Shown: positions 1 to 14,589, numbered from the stretch's first letter. The stretch is DNA of 64,000 bases from Laetmonice hystrix (GCA_965235115.1 OZ249436.1:65596001-65660000); one strand, 5' to 3'. Translations and numbers: made by a program. Notes: a model not told the origin generated them from the sequence alone.

Positions 1-954
1 AAATAATTATCGCCTCATTGGAAGGTGAATGGAAGAAATGTAATGCTAAGATTTTCATAAAAAAAATAAAGCTTCAATACCAATAATACCAATAATACCC
101 TTGCGACAAATATGTCTCACGCAAGTCTACAAAATTTAACGGTGCATAGCCTTAAGTGAAAGATGCTGTCATTTCCTTGAGGCAAGAACAGTGAAGCATG
201 AGACTGTGGATTTTATCTTGTCTGTGTGAACGCTAGCAGGCAAAGATAGCACAGTAAACAGTAGGCTGTGTAAAGAATACGAGACCATAGGCTGAGAATT
301 TACTTGTAAGTCCGTGGTCCACTATGATGATTTATGGAAAAATAGGGGATAGAAAGCTCCAAATCAAGAATTATGTATTTGTAACGGGCGATTAAAAGAG
401 ACTTTAGTTTTGAGCTTCCATGTGATGTTGCTAGCAATTCATGTCCACCTGGTGGCAAACGTTAGTCATAGGGTATTGTCCAACATGAATCGTACGTATT
501 TACGTTATACCTGCACGTTATTGGCCTACCTGTAAAAAAATCCCTGCTAGTTCTTGGATTATGTAAGCGAGCGTCTGATTTTTGTTTTGAACAAGGCAAA
601 GCCGGCGCTCGTCAGTTTCCAGCTGCTGATTTAGAGAGGCACAGACTAGTTTTTCTCGTCGTTTGAAAAGACAAACAGGTGTAGGTCTTTAAATGAGGCG
701 CACAGAGCGGGCAGGTCGGGTGGGCTCCCGTCTGGCCCACCTTTGGGACTTTAGTTACAAGCACCTCTCGACGCATCACTGGGATAGCCTGACTGACTCG
801 AGTCTGTTTCCACAGTGGAAAAGAGGTGAAGTCTTTGGAAGACCGGCTCGCTTTATTAATCCGTGCGGTTTGTTACTTTACCACTCCTTCCATATTCGAA
901 CAAACATAGGCCAACCATCCCTTCATGTTAGCTGAATGACGTACAACGTACATC

Positions 955-979
955 TTATTGACGTCAATAAATGACGTCA
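955..979. promoter_or_regulatory. Two adjacent full CRE sites (TGACGTCA)
   Basis: TTATTGACGTCAATAA is a perfect 16-bp palindrome (955-970), followed by a second TGACGTCA at 972-979. Motif match only. Confidence 0.25.
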
Positions 980-2098
980 ATGAATAACTTCCAAGGTCCG
1001 TCTTCCCAGTTCGTCATGTAGGCTTCGCATCACAAAAAATGTTTTGTTTCGAGAATTTTTCAAAAATCGAAATTGAACACAAGGCGTTGGCCCTAGCCGA
1101 AGTGTTGTATTTTGTACAAGCAGGACCCTGAAGGCGGTAACGTATATGTCTGTGTGTTGATTACTGAACCAGACTGGGAAGGATGTCGTCTGCCTATCCC
1201 TCCCACACACACATACACCGCAAGCGTCCCGCAGTCAGATCGAGGCTGAGGGAGACGTTAGACTCTAGCCAGACCCTTCGGCCGTGTACACACACGACCC
1301 ATGGTGGCTCGTCACTCGGCACCTGTCTCCATCCGGGTGCTGAACGACAAGTCATGTCGAATGTCTTCTAACGTGTAGAAAGACCGTGACATACCTCGGC
1401 TTCAGCCCCAGGTGCTCGTAAAATACCTGTACCGCAAGCCATCCTCACTCTTCCTGGAACCTTTTAAAAGTATGCTGGCGTCCACCGATATCCGATCGTA
1501 CTTGACACCAGAAAAAAAATTTCTATCCGACTTTACAAATTAAGATCTCCACCTCCTCTTTCACACATGAGATTCTATAGTGTTTTATCTTTAAAGAACT
1601 CAATTCCCTATTAGCTATTATCTATATACAGACTATTAACTAAAATAACACCACAGCCTACCTAAGTCATACACCCATACATGACTTTATATAGTACGGA
1701 AAATGCCCATCAAATAGCTGAGAAATTCTTAAACGATGAATAAATTAGAGATTTCTTCGACAGAAAGCACCTATCCAACCACCCCTGACAGGCTAAGTAA
1801 CCAACGTGTTAATCCTCAATTTCCAGTTCCCAGTTCTTTAGGGCGCTTGTCACTCATATGAAGTGTTGACTGAACACGAACTTTATGGCGTCACACTTTG
1901 CTCTGCACCAATATTTAAGCTGCAAGCCCACAGAGAGACAGAAAATCTTGTCATTGAAAACTACGTAGCATTCATAATAGCCGTAATGAAGTTGGGAGTG
2001 TTGAAACCCCTCTGTCCTCGCAAGGACATCGATCAGTAACCTTGTGGCTGCTGCCTTTTTTCATCCTCTTGAAAACCGAAATTCAGATCTAAAGTGAC

Positions 2099-2164
2099 GC
2101 CAATCACCGCAGCCTTGTTCTTGTTTACGTTAAACCGGAAGCGACGCTCACCCGACTGACGTCA
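2099..2164. promoter_or_regulatory. Promoter/enhancer-like motif cluster
   Basis: CCAAT (2100-2104), forkhead-like TGTTTAC (2122-2128), ETS CCGGAAG (2135-2141) and CRE TGACGTCA (2157-2164) lie within 66 bp. Confidence 0.3.
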
Positions 2165-4479
2165 TAGCCCTCCAAACGACACTCCCCCTTCCGACACCGT
2201 GCAAATATTTTGGCCGGACAATTCTGTTTGTGTGACTAAACAACAAACCGCCACTTAATATTCACAGTTAATTCCACACCGTCGACTTGTATCAATAGTG
2301 TGGTCTAATTAAGAAAAACAACGCTCCCCCTCCCCTCCCCGGACTCACTGCTCTGTGCCATCAGGATGGCACACCACGCCACTGAACACACGCTCTGGTC
2401 GTTCTGGCATGTGTAAATGAAGACCTATCCCCTCCGACTACTGCCGTTACGACATCGGCTCTCAAAATTGTGGCCTCTATGTGGCGACTTGGGCGAACAC
2501 AACTGTGTCAGCTTTGGCTGTCCAATACTCTAATAACGTCAGTCCCCAGAACTAGGACAATACTTTAGGCAACAGACCTTTCATTAGACTTTCAGGAAGT
2601 CACATCAATCAAGGCAGCCATATCGATTTCCCATCAAAGCAGGTGTGAGTAGGCTAACCAAATTAGGCACATAATAATAGCTGCATGGTCTCGTACCACA
2701 AAATAATGGTGAAAGTTTTCGACAGCACTATGATATTGAATAGTATTGTAAATAAATACATTTTTCTTATTTTATAATTAGAGTGAACTTGTACGGCTAG
2801 AGCGGTGGCCTTACAGTGCTCTATAGCGAGCGAGTTGTCTCGGAGGTATTTACCTTGGATTACAACCTCCAATGTGAGGTCCTACAAAAGTATCTACAGA
2901 GGTGTAGGGCCACCCCACCCATATTCCAAGCTTGAAGTTTTCAAATGATTCATTACTGAGGAAATTTGGCTTTTTGCAGCGAAAGGCCGACATGGACTCT
3001 TCTTAATTGGGCCGCCAATCTGGAATGTTCTTTGTGCCAATTATTAATAAACTCTCAATGATTCTTGAAGTAAAATAGCTGAGAAACTTAGGTAAAACTG
3101 TCATCAAAGAGGAGCAAACGTTTTGAACAACTCTGATTTTTCTCATGTTTAGTACAATTTTCTCATCAACTGCTTTGAAAAATTGTGTTAGTTTGGTTAG
3201 TAATGTACATGTACAGTCTCTTATTTACATTGCTGTATAGAAGAGGAACCAATTGCTACTATCAGTAACATTTTTATAATTATACAGCCATATGAATTAT
3301 TCCTACTCTTAAATGGAGGGCTGGAATCTGGCAATGTAACTGCGTATTTGCATGGCGAATATCTGACTTTACATATGAAATGCACACATACAAAAAAATG
3401 TAACCTTTCATTCCATGTACGTCGATCGTAATGATTGGGAATAATTCAGGCCACTCAAAAATGTCAACATCTAGTCCTGACCTTTAGTGCGAACGGACCC
3501 GGCCATGGGGAGAAACATTATTGTTTTTGTTCGGTCACAGTTCTCTTCATTTTGATCATTTTGAGGACCAGTGTCGGCAGTCGGGACCAGCGAACCCAGC
3601 ACCCCCCCCCCCCTTCCTTCCAATCGGAAACCTATCAGTGAACCTTATTTATTAGCCTTGGCGCATGCGCGTTTGATAGGTTTGCTCAGCCTCCGCGCCA
3701 CATTTGCTCCTTCATGCAGTGCAAATAACATCGCAAATCCTATTGGGTCCTTTTGGTTCGAACAAGCAGACTGGTTTTCCCTGCGACTTCCGAGGAAGAA
3801 ATTACCATGCATGTTAAGCAAATGTGGCAACTGGTTATGAGAACAATGAATATAGTACACACAAAACACACCTGTTTATTCTTGAATTCCATTCACCTCT
3901 CTTTCCTCTTAAAATTGTAAGGCCGAAATTAAAATCAGAAATTTAATAATGAAAGCATAGTATGAGGTCACGACACTAATCTAGCGTCTTGTTGCCTGGA
4001 ATCGATCTAAGGGCGAAATTTCCATCAGTACGTGCCTCCTGAAGCCCCCCTCCACCACACCCACACATTCCGGAGAAACGGGTGAAACGATTGTTGATTG
4101 GCTACCAGATGCCGACCATAAGCTAGCGGCTTCCCCTCCCAACCAACGATACCTCGGGACGCTGTATAATGCAGACACTTCACGGACATGCGCACAGAGA
4201 ACGGAAGACCCACAATGACGGTCACCAAGTCCAGCTCACTACTCATGGATCACAACTGTCAAAGTTCGGCATCCGCTACAACGATACGTCTTGTTCCTTC
4301 TATTCTACATTAAACACTTGACAGAGAGGTTAACATCCCATTTTGAAATCGGTCTTTAACGCCTCAGGGTCTACGGTCTATGGTCTAGGGTCTAATGGAG
4401 CATGCTGGTTCAATTCGTGGAGGGAGCCGTTAACCCAGTCAAATATACAAACCATCTATTCTAATATAAAGGTCGAAGG

Positions 4480-4545
4480 GGATTCGAACCCTATTTAAAG
4501 AACCACTTTGGTCAACATAGTTTTTCGACCACTGAACTTTTGTTA
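4480..4545 (-). mobile_element. Degenerate tRNA-derived (SINE-like) head
   Basis: The minus strand has a perfect B-box GGTTCGAATCC (4480-4490) and an A-box-like AAGTTCAGTGG (4529-4539) about 49 nt upstream. No cloverleaf is evident. Confidence 0.3.
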
Positions 4546-5355
4546 CTCCTTACGCCTCGAGTGTAGTCATTTGGTTTATATTTTATTCACGCGTAAAAAT
4601 TACTATCGTTTGTCCAGGTCGAGTTGACTTTTCTGGACCATACACGAGAATATGATCATCACAATGATATCATCAGGTTTAGGGAGGCGTGACCAAGCGA
4701 ATTTCAGGATACAGCCGCATGAGAGAAGACTTACATACATATAAAAGAGGCACATAATGTATATCAATCAACAAACGTAAACTTACAATAGAAAGAAAGT
4801 CATATAGAAACAAAAATTAAACGTGCTCCCTTTGTTAATAGCATATATCGATATACGTAGCTCAATTTATGTCAATTATGTGGGTGTAATTACATTATTC
4901 AATTCGGTCCAACTTGGTGAATTTCTACAAATACTCACAGTGCATTTTATATGGAGTTGATATGTTTACATTCACAAATTCAATAGATTCTACGACATTT
5001 TCCGGATTTGCCGCTATTGTCAGACCAAAGATGTCAACCAGCTAAGTATGCCATCTAGACCGTATATTTGTCAATTTGAGTTGGTATTGGGGCGGATACA
5101 GTATTAAACAGTTGTGGTAGGCCATAAGGGTAGCCTACCGTGCAAACTTTTATTTCAGTCCACGACTCCTGCCCAGACTGCTACGGCCGGTATCCTAACA
5201 CTAATTAATCCCTACTTCCCGTTCACTGCAGTTATCAAGAAAGGTCTCCGTTTCCTGCATGACATATGACGATATGACGACAGCAGAACGCCAAGGTCAG
5301 ACTGACGTAATAGAAATAATGACGGGGGTTGAGCGATAATAGGGTCAACATGTAG

Positions 5356-5371
5356 GCGCCCTCTGCTGGCC
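5356..5371 (-). promoter_or_regulatory. CTCF-consensus motif
   Basis: The minus strand reads GGCCAGCAGAGGGCGC, matching the CTCF core CCASYAGRKGGCRS. Confidence 0.35.
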
Positions 5372-7600
5372 GTTTTATCTTTGCGCTTGGCTGAATTGAT
5401 CATTTGGTTTAATCCTAGCAGTAACTGATAACGATTTAGCCCCACAGAACAAGCGGACTTCCAATATTCAACATCCGGGAATAGACATCTATTGGGACAT
5501 AGCGGCATTTTATAGCCTTCTTTTCTATCTTAACAAAGTTGATGCCAGACCTGAGAGTACAACAAGTAAAATAGAAGACAAGACTGAGAAATATAGCAAA
5601 CTAGGTACGGTTTACACGCTGAAATACAGATCCTCCACTCCAGAACTGCCTCCATTACATGTTCCAGGACGATTCGATGTTACTGGTTGTATAGGTACTT
5701 TGTCCCTAGGCAGGATGTAGTTAAACAAAGAAAATGACAACGCTAAGGGATAAGAAATGTTAGTACCTTACGTTATTCTAATTCAGGTAATCACTAATTT
5801 TTCTCGAGATATCTAGACATGCAGGCTACAGGTAGATAATATACAGGCCACCATGGTCCGAACTAGTGCGCTCAGAGTCCATATATCCTTGGTATGGTGG
5901 GGTCCTTCATCCCCAGATATACACCCCCAGCCCGCCCAGACCACCCCGACATTGGTAGAATACAAATGGTCCACTAATTGTGAATCCGTATTGATGTAGG
6001 CTCCATCCTCCTGACAGAAGGACGCCACACGTGGTGCGTGTCGCATGCCGGACTCCTACCCAACCACCCCAGGGGACAGACCCCAAAAACTGATCGAGGG
6101 GTCCATATGAATACACCGCCATGATCGGCCATGATCGGGGTATAAACCAGCGCCCCGACCCTTTGTGTCCTGAGACCAGGAAGTACGTGAATGGGGCGGT
6201 AGGGGCACGGCAGACAAGACTGTATATTAATATTTCACGTCAACCGCAACGCCCGCGTCTGATGGATCGGCTGGGTCCATCACGTGACCCGTCATATCTC
6301 TACAGCGTCTGCCGCATGGTGTCGCTGTAGGTGGACGATCTCGGTCGACTGTCACGTACAATACGAGATCATGAGAAACTCTCGTCGGTACACTCCACAG
6401 GCCACAACACCCCCGCTGACTACCGTGTGAGGATCAAGAATTTACGGATTACAGATGAGATAGGTGGGGTGTGTTTTTTATTCAAAAGAAGTTGGTCACA
6501 GATCTGTTTCGGAGTTAGCCAGGCTGGACTGAGAAAGGCAGTCAGGTACAGATCAGTTGCTACAAAAATATAAACACCACATAAATGGTTTATAGGAATT
6601 CCACCATTAAATCCAAGTAATATTTGTTATGACTGGGCAGCAGATTTTCTACAGATCCGGGATTCCACAAATACTACGGACACGACCACAAAACTGCAGC
6701 AGAAGATCTCGTTTAGACCTTTCTTTGGCTCTGTCTCTAAAAAGTATGATTCCTAGCTTGGACACGCCACGCTATTGGTTGGCCGTCAAGCGTTCATTGT
6801 TCTATATATGGCAACATGTATACGACAAAAAAACGATTTACAAACGGAAATATTTATTCTCATGCGGCCAGCCATATATATCCGATCTTTTCCGAAGGCA
6901 TTTTACGAAACAGAAATATTTTACAGTTTGGCCTTAGAGGAACTGTTGTTAATCGGCGAAACTCTATGCTATAGTCATATGGGCGCTGTAATTATTCTAT
7001 CATCGATTGTTTCATAAACTTCGTGAAATACGACCATCCCCCAGATCTAAATCATATTGCTTCTGCGCTCTCCACAACAATTCAACTTGTTCACATCTCC
7101 CCACTAAAATGCTACTGAAGCTTTTTCAATATTCATTTTATTTATTCGTTGGTTTTGTTTACTTTACGTGTAGCTCAGCAATGGTTGTGTTGACATGATC
7201 AATGTGGACGTGCAGATCTACCTTTGGCCCAGACGCTGTCTCTTCACGTGCAGCACGGGCACCGCCACCACGTTGACACGTGCAACAAGAGGAGCGGGTT
7301 CCTGATTGGTGTGAACATTCATGTGTTCGTATAACACCACTGGTATATGAGAAACATGTATGCATGGTCACTTTTTTTCTCTCACAGTATTTTGAAAAAA
7401 ATATTGGTTTATCCCTAAAACTATAAGCCATGTGAGGTGGCTGTTGTATGCGTTATCGTCGGCCACTCATTTTGTGCTCTTAAAAACAGACTCACACAAA
7501 CGCTTTTTCTCTCAACCAAGGTACGCACTTCAGACCAATTCGATCAATATTTCTTTGAGTGCCATACCCCAGAAACAACTCATAATGACTTCGCAAATTC

Positions 7601-7665
7601 GAGGTTGTTACAACCAATTTCCCGAGGTTGTTACAACCAATTTCTCGAGGTTGTTACAACCATTT
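7601..7665. repeat. 23-bp tandem repeat x3 with internal palindrome
   Basis: GAGGTTGTTACAACCAATTTCYC starts at 7601, 7624 and 7647. Each copy contains GGTTGT-T-ACAACC. Confidence 0.9.
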
Positions 7666-9750
7666 GCTCAGTCTTTTCACTTTCTTCTTGTTCTTTTACG
7701 CATGTCTTTGTGAACAACACACTCGAGCACTTTCAATGACCTTTTCCATTAAATTGACTTTTACCGTACCAAGGAAATTAAAGGATTCCAAAGTAGCTTT
7801 CAGAGTTGTTTTTTGTAAATGTAAGTTTAATCTTTAAGCGTCTTCAACAATTTTCAGGAAGTGCTTAACAAAACATTTAATAGCATTGCCAGAGACAAGA
7901 GACAAGAGTTTGCAATATTCCAGAGCTTTCAGATCTTCGACATCATTTTGGTGATGTGAGTTTGATGACAATGTCAGAAACTTATTAATATCGAACTCTC
8001 TGAATCTGTTATGATTGACTGACTGTCTGACTGTCTGTCTGTCTCTCTTCGTCCTCGGTCCCTATCCCGCCCTTCCCAGTCAACAAACAACTGATAAATC
8101 TTGGAGTCTTCCATACTGGAGTTCATGCAGCACGACGGAAGCGGTTAGTATGAAAACCTCACTGGGATACGATACGTTTGGCCCGTAATTAAAGGGAAAA
8201 TGATCTGGTTCTTGCGTAATATTGACACTAATCATTGCTGATGAGCATATTGCGTGACAACTCTACTTAACAATATCGTGCAAAAAGCAACTCGGCTGTC
8301 ATTTGTAAGGGTCGTTTCCATATCAATACCTAAACAAAATTCCTATAGGGCCACAGCTCCAGGAAGAGCTGGCATACTACGTCTATGACCTTTCAAAGCA
8401 CGACGCACTTTCACACTCATGAAAATGAAATATAACTCATTTAGTAGACAAATATAGGCCGATAGTCCCTCCATGGTAATGACTGTTCATCCCTCCTATA
8501 ATGCAACTACGCGCCATTTCTAAATTCTAAAGATCTGCAACGTTGAGGTCTAATGCAAGTAACATCCACCGTTCGAAAAACAGAAGTTACTTCCTCATAT
8601 TGATGATCCATGGGATAACAGGAACCCTCCGGGTACAATATGACACGTTTCCGGTTGTGACTACTGCCTGACCGCAGAAACCGGACAAAGCGGAAGACCA
8701 GTGGCGCAGTGATTGTAGCTACGCGGACTTCTGTCCCAGCTCTCCTGGTCACAGCGCCACCTGTCGACATCACATAGGGTCGGGTCATGTCCGACAGAGC
8801 CCGGTTGATTTTAGACCATTTGCAGCCCGTCGATCTGGCCAACTGTGTAATGTAAAAGGTGCCAATCGCACAGATTGAAGCGTGGCCACGCTACACGCCA
8901 TCGAATGATGACGTGACAAATTGTCATTTCCTCCCAACACTGAGCTGCGTTACCGCCTGCGGACTACATTTAGGCCTAGAACAGGGGCCGGGCGCAGCAG
9001 GGGCATGTTCGGTCATCATGTCTGACACTGGCATTTACTACAGGTCGTCGGAGTTCGCAGGGATTAAACATCCGCAATCTTTATCCGGATGGTCCTCTCT
9101 CTGGCTCTCAACTGCCTTCAATCCAAAATGTCTTGCGAAACCGAGAAGGTCCCAGTATAATTATTTTCATTTCTCCTACTTCCTGGCATATTGGGAGTTC
9201 TGACCCATTTATTCGTTTGTAAAATGCTGAGAGCAAGGTAGCATAAGGTATGTTAAAACATACCTTGTTAGAAGGAAAGTAATAAGTGTGTTTGACCAGT
9301 CTCCTCATACATGTTTAAAGACAAACAAGTTTAGTTCTCCTTTGAAAAGCTTTATTCTGTATCTAGGTTATTTAGCACAGTGTTACTTCCCGTTCAATAC
9401 TGCTATAGTCTGACAGCAGACGGAATCTGCGCCCTCCGTTTGACAAATACTGGTTAACAATAACTGTGAAAACGATTCAATCAAGTAACCGTTTGTCGAC
9501 GGCTTACCGTTTTATTTTATTGGAAGCGGGTCTAATCGGCATCACCTGCTCTTTAGGCACTTTATCCACGCACCAAACTAATCAATCGTAAATTGTTCAC
9601 ACTTTTCCCTGTCTCATTATGATAACAACTATTTCTCACACCAGTAGATCAGTGAAAATGTTGAAGAATATCAAAATAACAGACTCTATCTTCGCGCGAC
9701 GACTCCGTGAGAAGTAGCTAAATATATTGACACAAACGACACTGATATCA

Positions 9751-10590
9751 GTTTGTTTGTTTGTTTGTTTGTTTATTTCCACAGAAACACAGAAATACAG
9801 GAACAGATCCGCAGAACAGAACGAAGTCAGAAAATGACTTATATGTCTGAGTGAAGAACTATCGGGTCTCGAAAAATATGTGGCTGGCCAAATGATACAC
9901 ACATTAAAAATAAGGGAAATAAACTATTTCAGAAAAACAGAAGCTTAGTGTAAACTAACAGAGCTTTTCATACTCAGAGATCTCACATTTAACAACAATT
10001 GAAGTAACAACATAAATGTTATAATTCTAGAAAATTAGAGGTAAGCTTCTTGAAAGAGGATAAAGATGCGTCAAAATCTATTACATGTAACAATGAATTA
10101 TAAAGTTTTGGTCCCTGAATTATAATGGATCTCTCTAAGGATAAAGTATTAGTATTCGGACATTTGAAATGATGTTTTTGCCTAGTTCTATCATATTCTA
10201 CCCTTTCAAAAAGATTTAATATAACCTGGGGGAGTAAGGACTGGTGAACTTTGTACATGAAAATGGCAACTTGGTACTTGTACATAACACTTAGAGTTTG
10301 TATGTTTAACTCTTTAAAAAGAAGTTCAGTATGTGCACATTTATGCGATGATGTGATAACTCTAATGGCACGTTTTTGGCACTTTTTGAGGATGTACAGA
10401 TGGGTTTCGGCCGTCGAGCCCCATACTACTATACCATTTTTGAAGTATGAATATATGAAAGAAAAGTATAAATTCCTAAGAGTAGCTACGTTAAGAACTT
10501 TTCTAAGTTTAATAAAGATTCCTAGCATCTTTGATATTTTGTTTGATATGTAGGTTATATGGGATTTCCAGGTCAGATGCTCATCAATCA
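9751..10590 (-). mobile_element. 5'-truncated CR1-group (L2/Crack/Daphne-like) LINE: RT C-terminus, 3' UTR and (AAAC)n tail
   Basis: The minus frame reads LIDEHLTWKSHITYISNKISKMLGIFIKLRK...LYFSFIYSYFKNGIVVWG...QKRAIRVI...HTELLFKELNIQ...QGPKLYNSL, typical of the CR1-group ORF2 C-terminus, with the stop at 10019. The 3' UTR has an AAGTCA-TTTTC-TGACTT hairpin, then AATAAA merging into (AAAC)6 at 9751-9777. Confidence 0.85.
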
Positions 10591-13500
10591 GTTAATACTT
10601 TAAGTTTACATTTGTCTCATTAAAAAAAGTTAAAAGTGATGACAACCTTTAAAGTATCTCATATTACAGCCCGGATAGGAAGACTTGATAGCTGAGGACC
10701 AATCATGTATATCCTTCATATTGAAGTAGAATGTAGACAGACATTGCTGCCCGACGGGGGCCAATGGTGTATTTCAGAAAACCATGCACTGTAACTTCCT
10801 TTCTGATGGAATCGTATAATACACATGATTAGAGGTGATTTATTCATCCTAATCTGGACTATCACAAGGCTGCCAGAAAGATGATCTCAACCCTAATGGA
10901 CGTACACATGTGCTGTGATTTTACCGGAGGAGTTTAGGTCCTAGACTAAAGCAACTCTATCATTAGATGTAGTAGGATAAGAATCCTATTAGATATAAAG
11001 GAGGGCTTGGATGAGGACGTAGGAAAAAAAGAACAAAACTATTAACGAGACGGGAATGTCATGGGAATGCTCAAAATCACTTGGTTTAACTGCCGTATCT
11101 ATACCATTCCATGATTCAGAGTACCATTGCCGCCCATTCCGTCCAATATTAATACTGACAATCAAGCAAAGCGTATCAATGTTAATTTGGTAAATGAGAA
11201 AGACAAATCAGCATGTGGACATTCGTTATTCAAAAAAGACAAAACACACATCGCCATGGGAACGGTAAAACGCTGCCGGTAGATGGCGCGGTTTACACTA
11301 GCCTGCCGCAGGCGGCGATAGGGCGGGTGCCGACTGCCGTTTATTACATTCGACCATAAATACCATAGTGCTGAATTAAAACCTTTTATCCACTGATGAG
11401 AATTGGTGGTCGCTGTTTTTGGCGGCCTGACATTATCCTGTCTGATATTATCAATTTTCGGCGTTAATTGCGCAGTTTGTAAAAGTCAGTAGGCGCTGCG
11501 CTGCACGTGAAGCGTTGTCGAATGGGGTACCGACGGTCAAGCCACTAGAAATTCAATTATGGCAATCTGACGGACTCTCCTGTACATACCCTAAATACAT
11601 GACAAGCATCAAGGAGAAGGGTCGGCGAGTGCATGAACCCCGCCCACTCAAACCCACAAATGCACTCTCCAAGACACGACGGCCATAATCTAATTTGTAG
11701 CCCAGTTTTTAGTGCCAGGATATTCGGGTTTATTTATACACCCCTTACCCTTGAGCCTCCTATGACATTTTCACTAGACATTGCTTTTACATTTTGATGC
11801 TATAGAAACATCATTTTTAGAAAATGTACAAGGCCGATCACGTTATTAGGCCCTCTTTCCAATAGGCCATTATTTCCTTAAAGATAACAGATTGAAGCAG
11901 AAGAGTCGGCCTTGTTTTCACTGATAATACCGGAGTCTGCTTTAGTTCTGTACTGGAGGCAGCTGTATGGCAGCCGCACATTGGTGCGGAACTGGGATGC
12001 AAGGGCGACCAACCTTTGAGTTGGGGGGGGGGGCTCTTTGGATCCAGTTTTGGAACCCCAACAGTGAGAATTGACATCGACCCGGGGGTCTGTCTTACTA
12101 AGGTGTGGTATACGATATACATGTAGTTAAATTTACCTGGCCGTGAATGGGAGGACTCTGTTTATTAACGTTATTAAGAGACTACTATTGAAGTTAACGA
12201 TATCGTTAATAATCAGACCTTATAGTAAGACAGGCCTCTGGACCTCAAAGAGGTCGTCGGAATTGCCCCCCTCCTTATTGCAGGCAACACCAAACGTTGG
12301 CAAGGATGTTGTAATAAGTATAATGCATCCAGTCTGCGAAGCATCACATGATAGCGCTTTGCGTGATTTTCCCCATCCATCCCTTCTATAAAGCACTATT
12401 ATAAGTGAAAAAAATGTGGGTTCCATCTAACTCCTGACCCCTCAAACGGCCAATCAAACAGCCAGGACTATGTACACCTAAAGCCGATACCAGTTTGAGA
12501 ATTCTGATTCTGATTAAATGTCAATATGAACCAGCCTTCTCATCTCGCCTGCATCGGGCGGTCCCGCCGCTCCCGGTGCGCATGTGCATCCAAACAGTGC
12601 CGCCTAGCGGCCAGGGCCGGTAGTATTTCGAACCGACTCGAGTGGCCTACAATATACGTCCCAACGTCTGTGATGGGTCTGAGATAATGAAAACTGCTTC
12701 CGAATGGAAATGACTCTACACCCTGGTACTGCCGTCATAACGGTGACTGATAATGTTCCCACTAAGGAAAATGGTCGACAATGTCTGGTATTTATTTCTG
12801 AGCCCGATTAATGTAAATAAATACATACATCTGTTTACAAGGTGCACCGAAAGAACAAAGCCGAAGGAAAATGATAGCACCAGTGAGTTTTCATTGCTTC
12901 CATAAATTTGGCAAAGGTGACTCAGGCCTACATAAAGATATGCTATAGCTCTGATTGTAATTTTATTGACCATATTATATAGTTCCTTAGGAAGGACGTT
13001 TTCAGTTCTTATCATAAGCGCCAACTACAGTAAATGAATGACTGTGGACTCAAAGAAACGCAAGTCAACAGTGATGAGCAAACACTTATATTTAGAAATA
13101 TTTCAGACCACGAATGTCCTGACATTTATGCAGCAGATTTATAGGAACATCAAGATCAGAGGCCTATATTCCTTGCTCCCCACGGCGGAATCTGTCTAGA
13201 ATAATTGGCGAAACGATTATCAGCCAGGAAAACACCCTTCTACTTCAGCATTACCCTGACTACGTCTCAGATAAAGATGACCTACGTCAACGCACCTAAA
13301 ATGTCAATGCACCTTCATTAAATCAAGTACACGCTGTCGGTCTACGGGTCTACGTCAACTTCTGACAAGAATATTAAAATCACGTCACGCTAACATTGAC
13401 GTCTTCGGAAAAATCACCGTCACTGAATGAAAATTTTGACATCGTGAAAGGCCAAGAAGGTCGCCTATAACCCAGAGGATATCGGGCGATAATATCAACT

Positions 13501-13866
13501 GTTACCTCAAGCATTTCAAAGGGCTGTTTCATAAGTTGTCGCCATTTTTCTAAGACAGTTTTACTTGCATTCTAGCAAACAGTAAACATGTGATTACGTA
13601 CACAATCCTATAATAATCTGGCTTCAGTGTCCTTCCTACAAATTCATCCACCTGTCATGCCTTGTCGTCTCATAAACACCAGAGTTATGAAATCCTATCA
13701 CCAACAGCTCCATTCCAATTTTTGAAAGTGAAAGCAACAACCAAATTCCCCTCCTCCGACTAAACCCCAACCTGGACGTATATACACAATTAACACAATT
13801 AGACAGGGGCACCCCCGCCATTGTGGACACAACCACGTCTGTGTCCGCCTCCGATGGGACAGAACC

Positions 13867-13884
13867 AACGCCCCCTGGTGGCCA
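13867..13884 (-). promoter_or_regulatory. CTCF-consensus motif
   Basis: The minus strand reads TGGCCACCAGGGGGCGTT, a 16/17 match to the classical TGGCCACCAGGGGGCGC consensus. Confidence 0.4.
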
Positions 13885-14453
13885 CACGGGACGTTAACCA
13901 ATTCAATTACTAGTATACATATATGTTTGTCTGGAAACGGCGCGAAAACAAGTGTACAAAGTAGGTTAACACTGATGGCGACGGGCATGTAACTGATTGG
14001 TTGTTTTACGATAACAAGTTGGTACCAACGTGAACGTGGCATGGAGCTGAGCCTTTGAAGTGGTGGTGGCTGGTTACCTATTGGTAACTTCTTGATGTAC
14101 CTGTGCTAGTTGTAAAGATGATAACCTGCAATGTTATACATTCTACCGGAACGTTAACAACAGATGGATTTCATTGGCTGTTTAAGGCAATGCCAGATCA
14201 ACTATTTTGTCAATAACTAGCCATAAGACGATCGCTTCATAGCGACTACAGGCAACTGGAATGTTGAATTTCATTAGATTCTTCCATTTCTGTGGGTATA
14301 CATTTATTGATTCATGTCAGCCCTAACAGCCCATGTCTGCATTTTGGAACCAGTGAAATAATTAGAGATTGTCGGTGTGTGCTTTAAGAATTACAGTTGC
14401 TAACGTATGCACGTTATCAATAATGACACAAGAGTACAGGATCGTTTCTGAAG

Positions 14454-14525
14454 GAGGCGATGGTCGAGGTGATGGCAGAGGGCGAGCTTGTCTTCGTGAA
14501 ATGGCAGGTTCGAACCTTATCTCCT
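14454..14525 (+). mobile_element. Degenerate tRNA-like (SINE) head
   Basis: An A-box-like TGGTCGAGGTG at 14461 and a B-box GGTTCGAACC at 14507 are spaced 46 nt apart, as in a tRNA. Stems are not conserved. Confidence 0.25.
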
Positions 14526-14589
14526 TCTCATGCCTCAGACCGGTGTAGCTGGATCAAATCACTACCCTAACTTTTCACTTTGTGATATC

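Noticed and set aside
5813-6400. Tc1-like transposase words (VVWAGWGCISG, TDESF) on the - strand
   Set aside because: They are short, in different frames with stops, and there is no DDE spacing or TIRs.
8440-8517. THAP-domain-like start MARSCIIGG on the - strand
   Set aside because: The second Cys is missing and the frame stops after 26 codons with no W or C-x2-HF motifs.
9020-9130. Possible second exon for the 16.4-kb start (phase-compatible RHFGLKAVESQREDH...)
   Set aside because: The donor is weak, an in-frame TAG sits at the boundary, and the peptide is not recognisable, so chance is not excluded.
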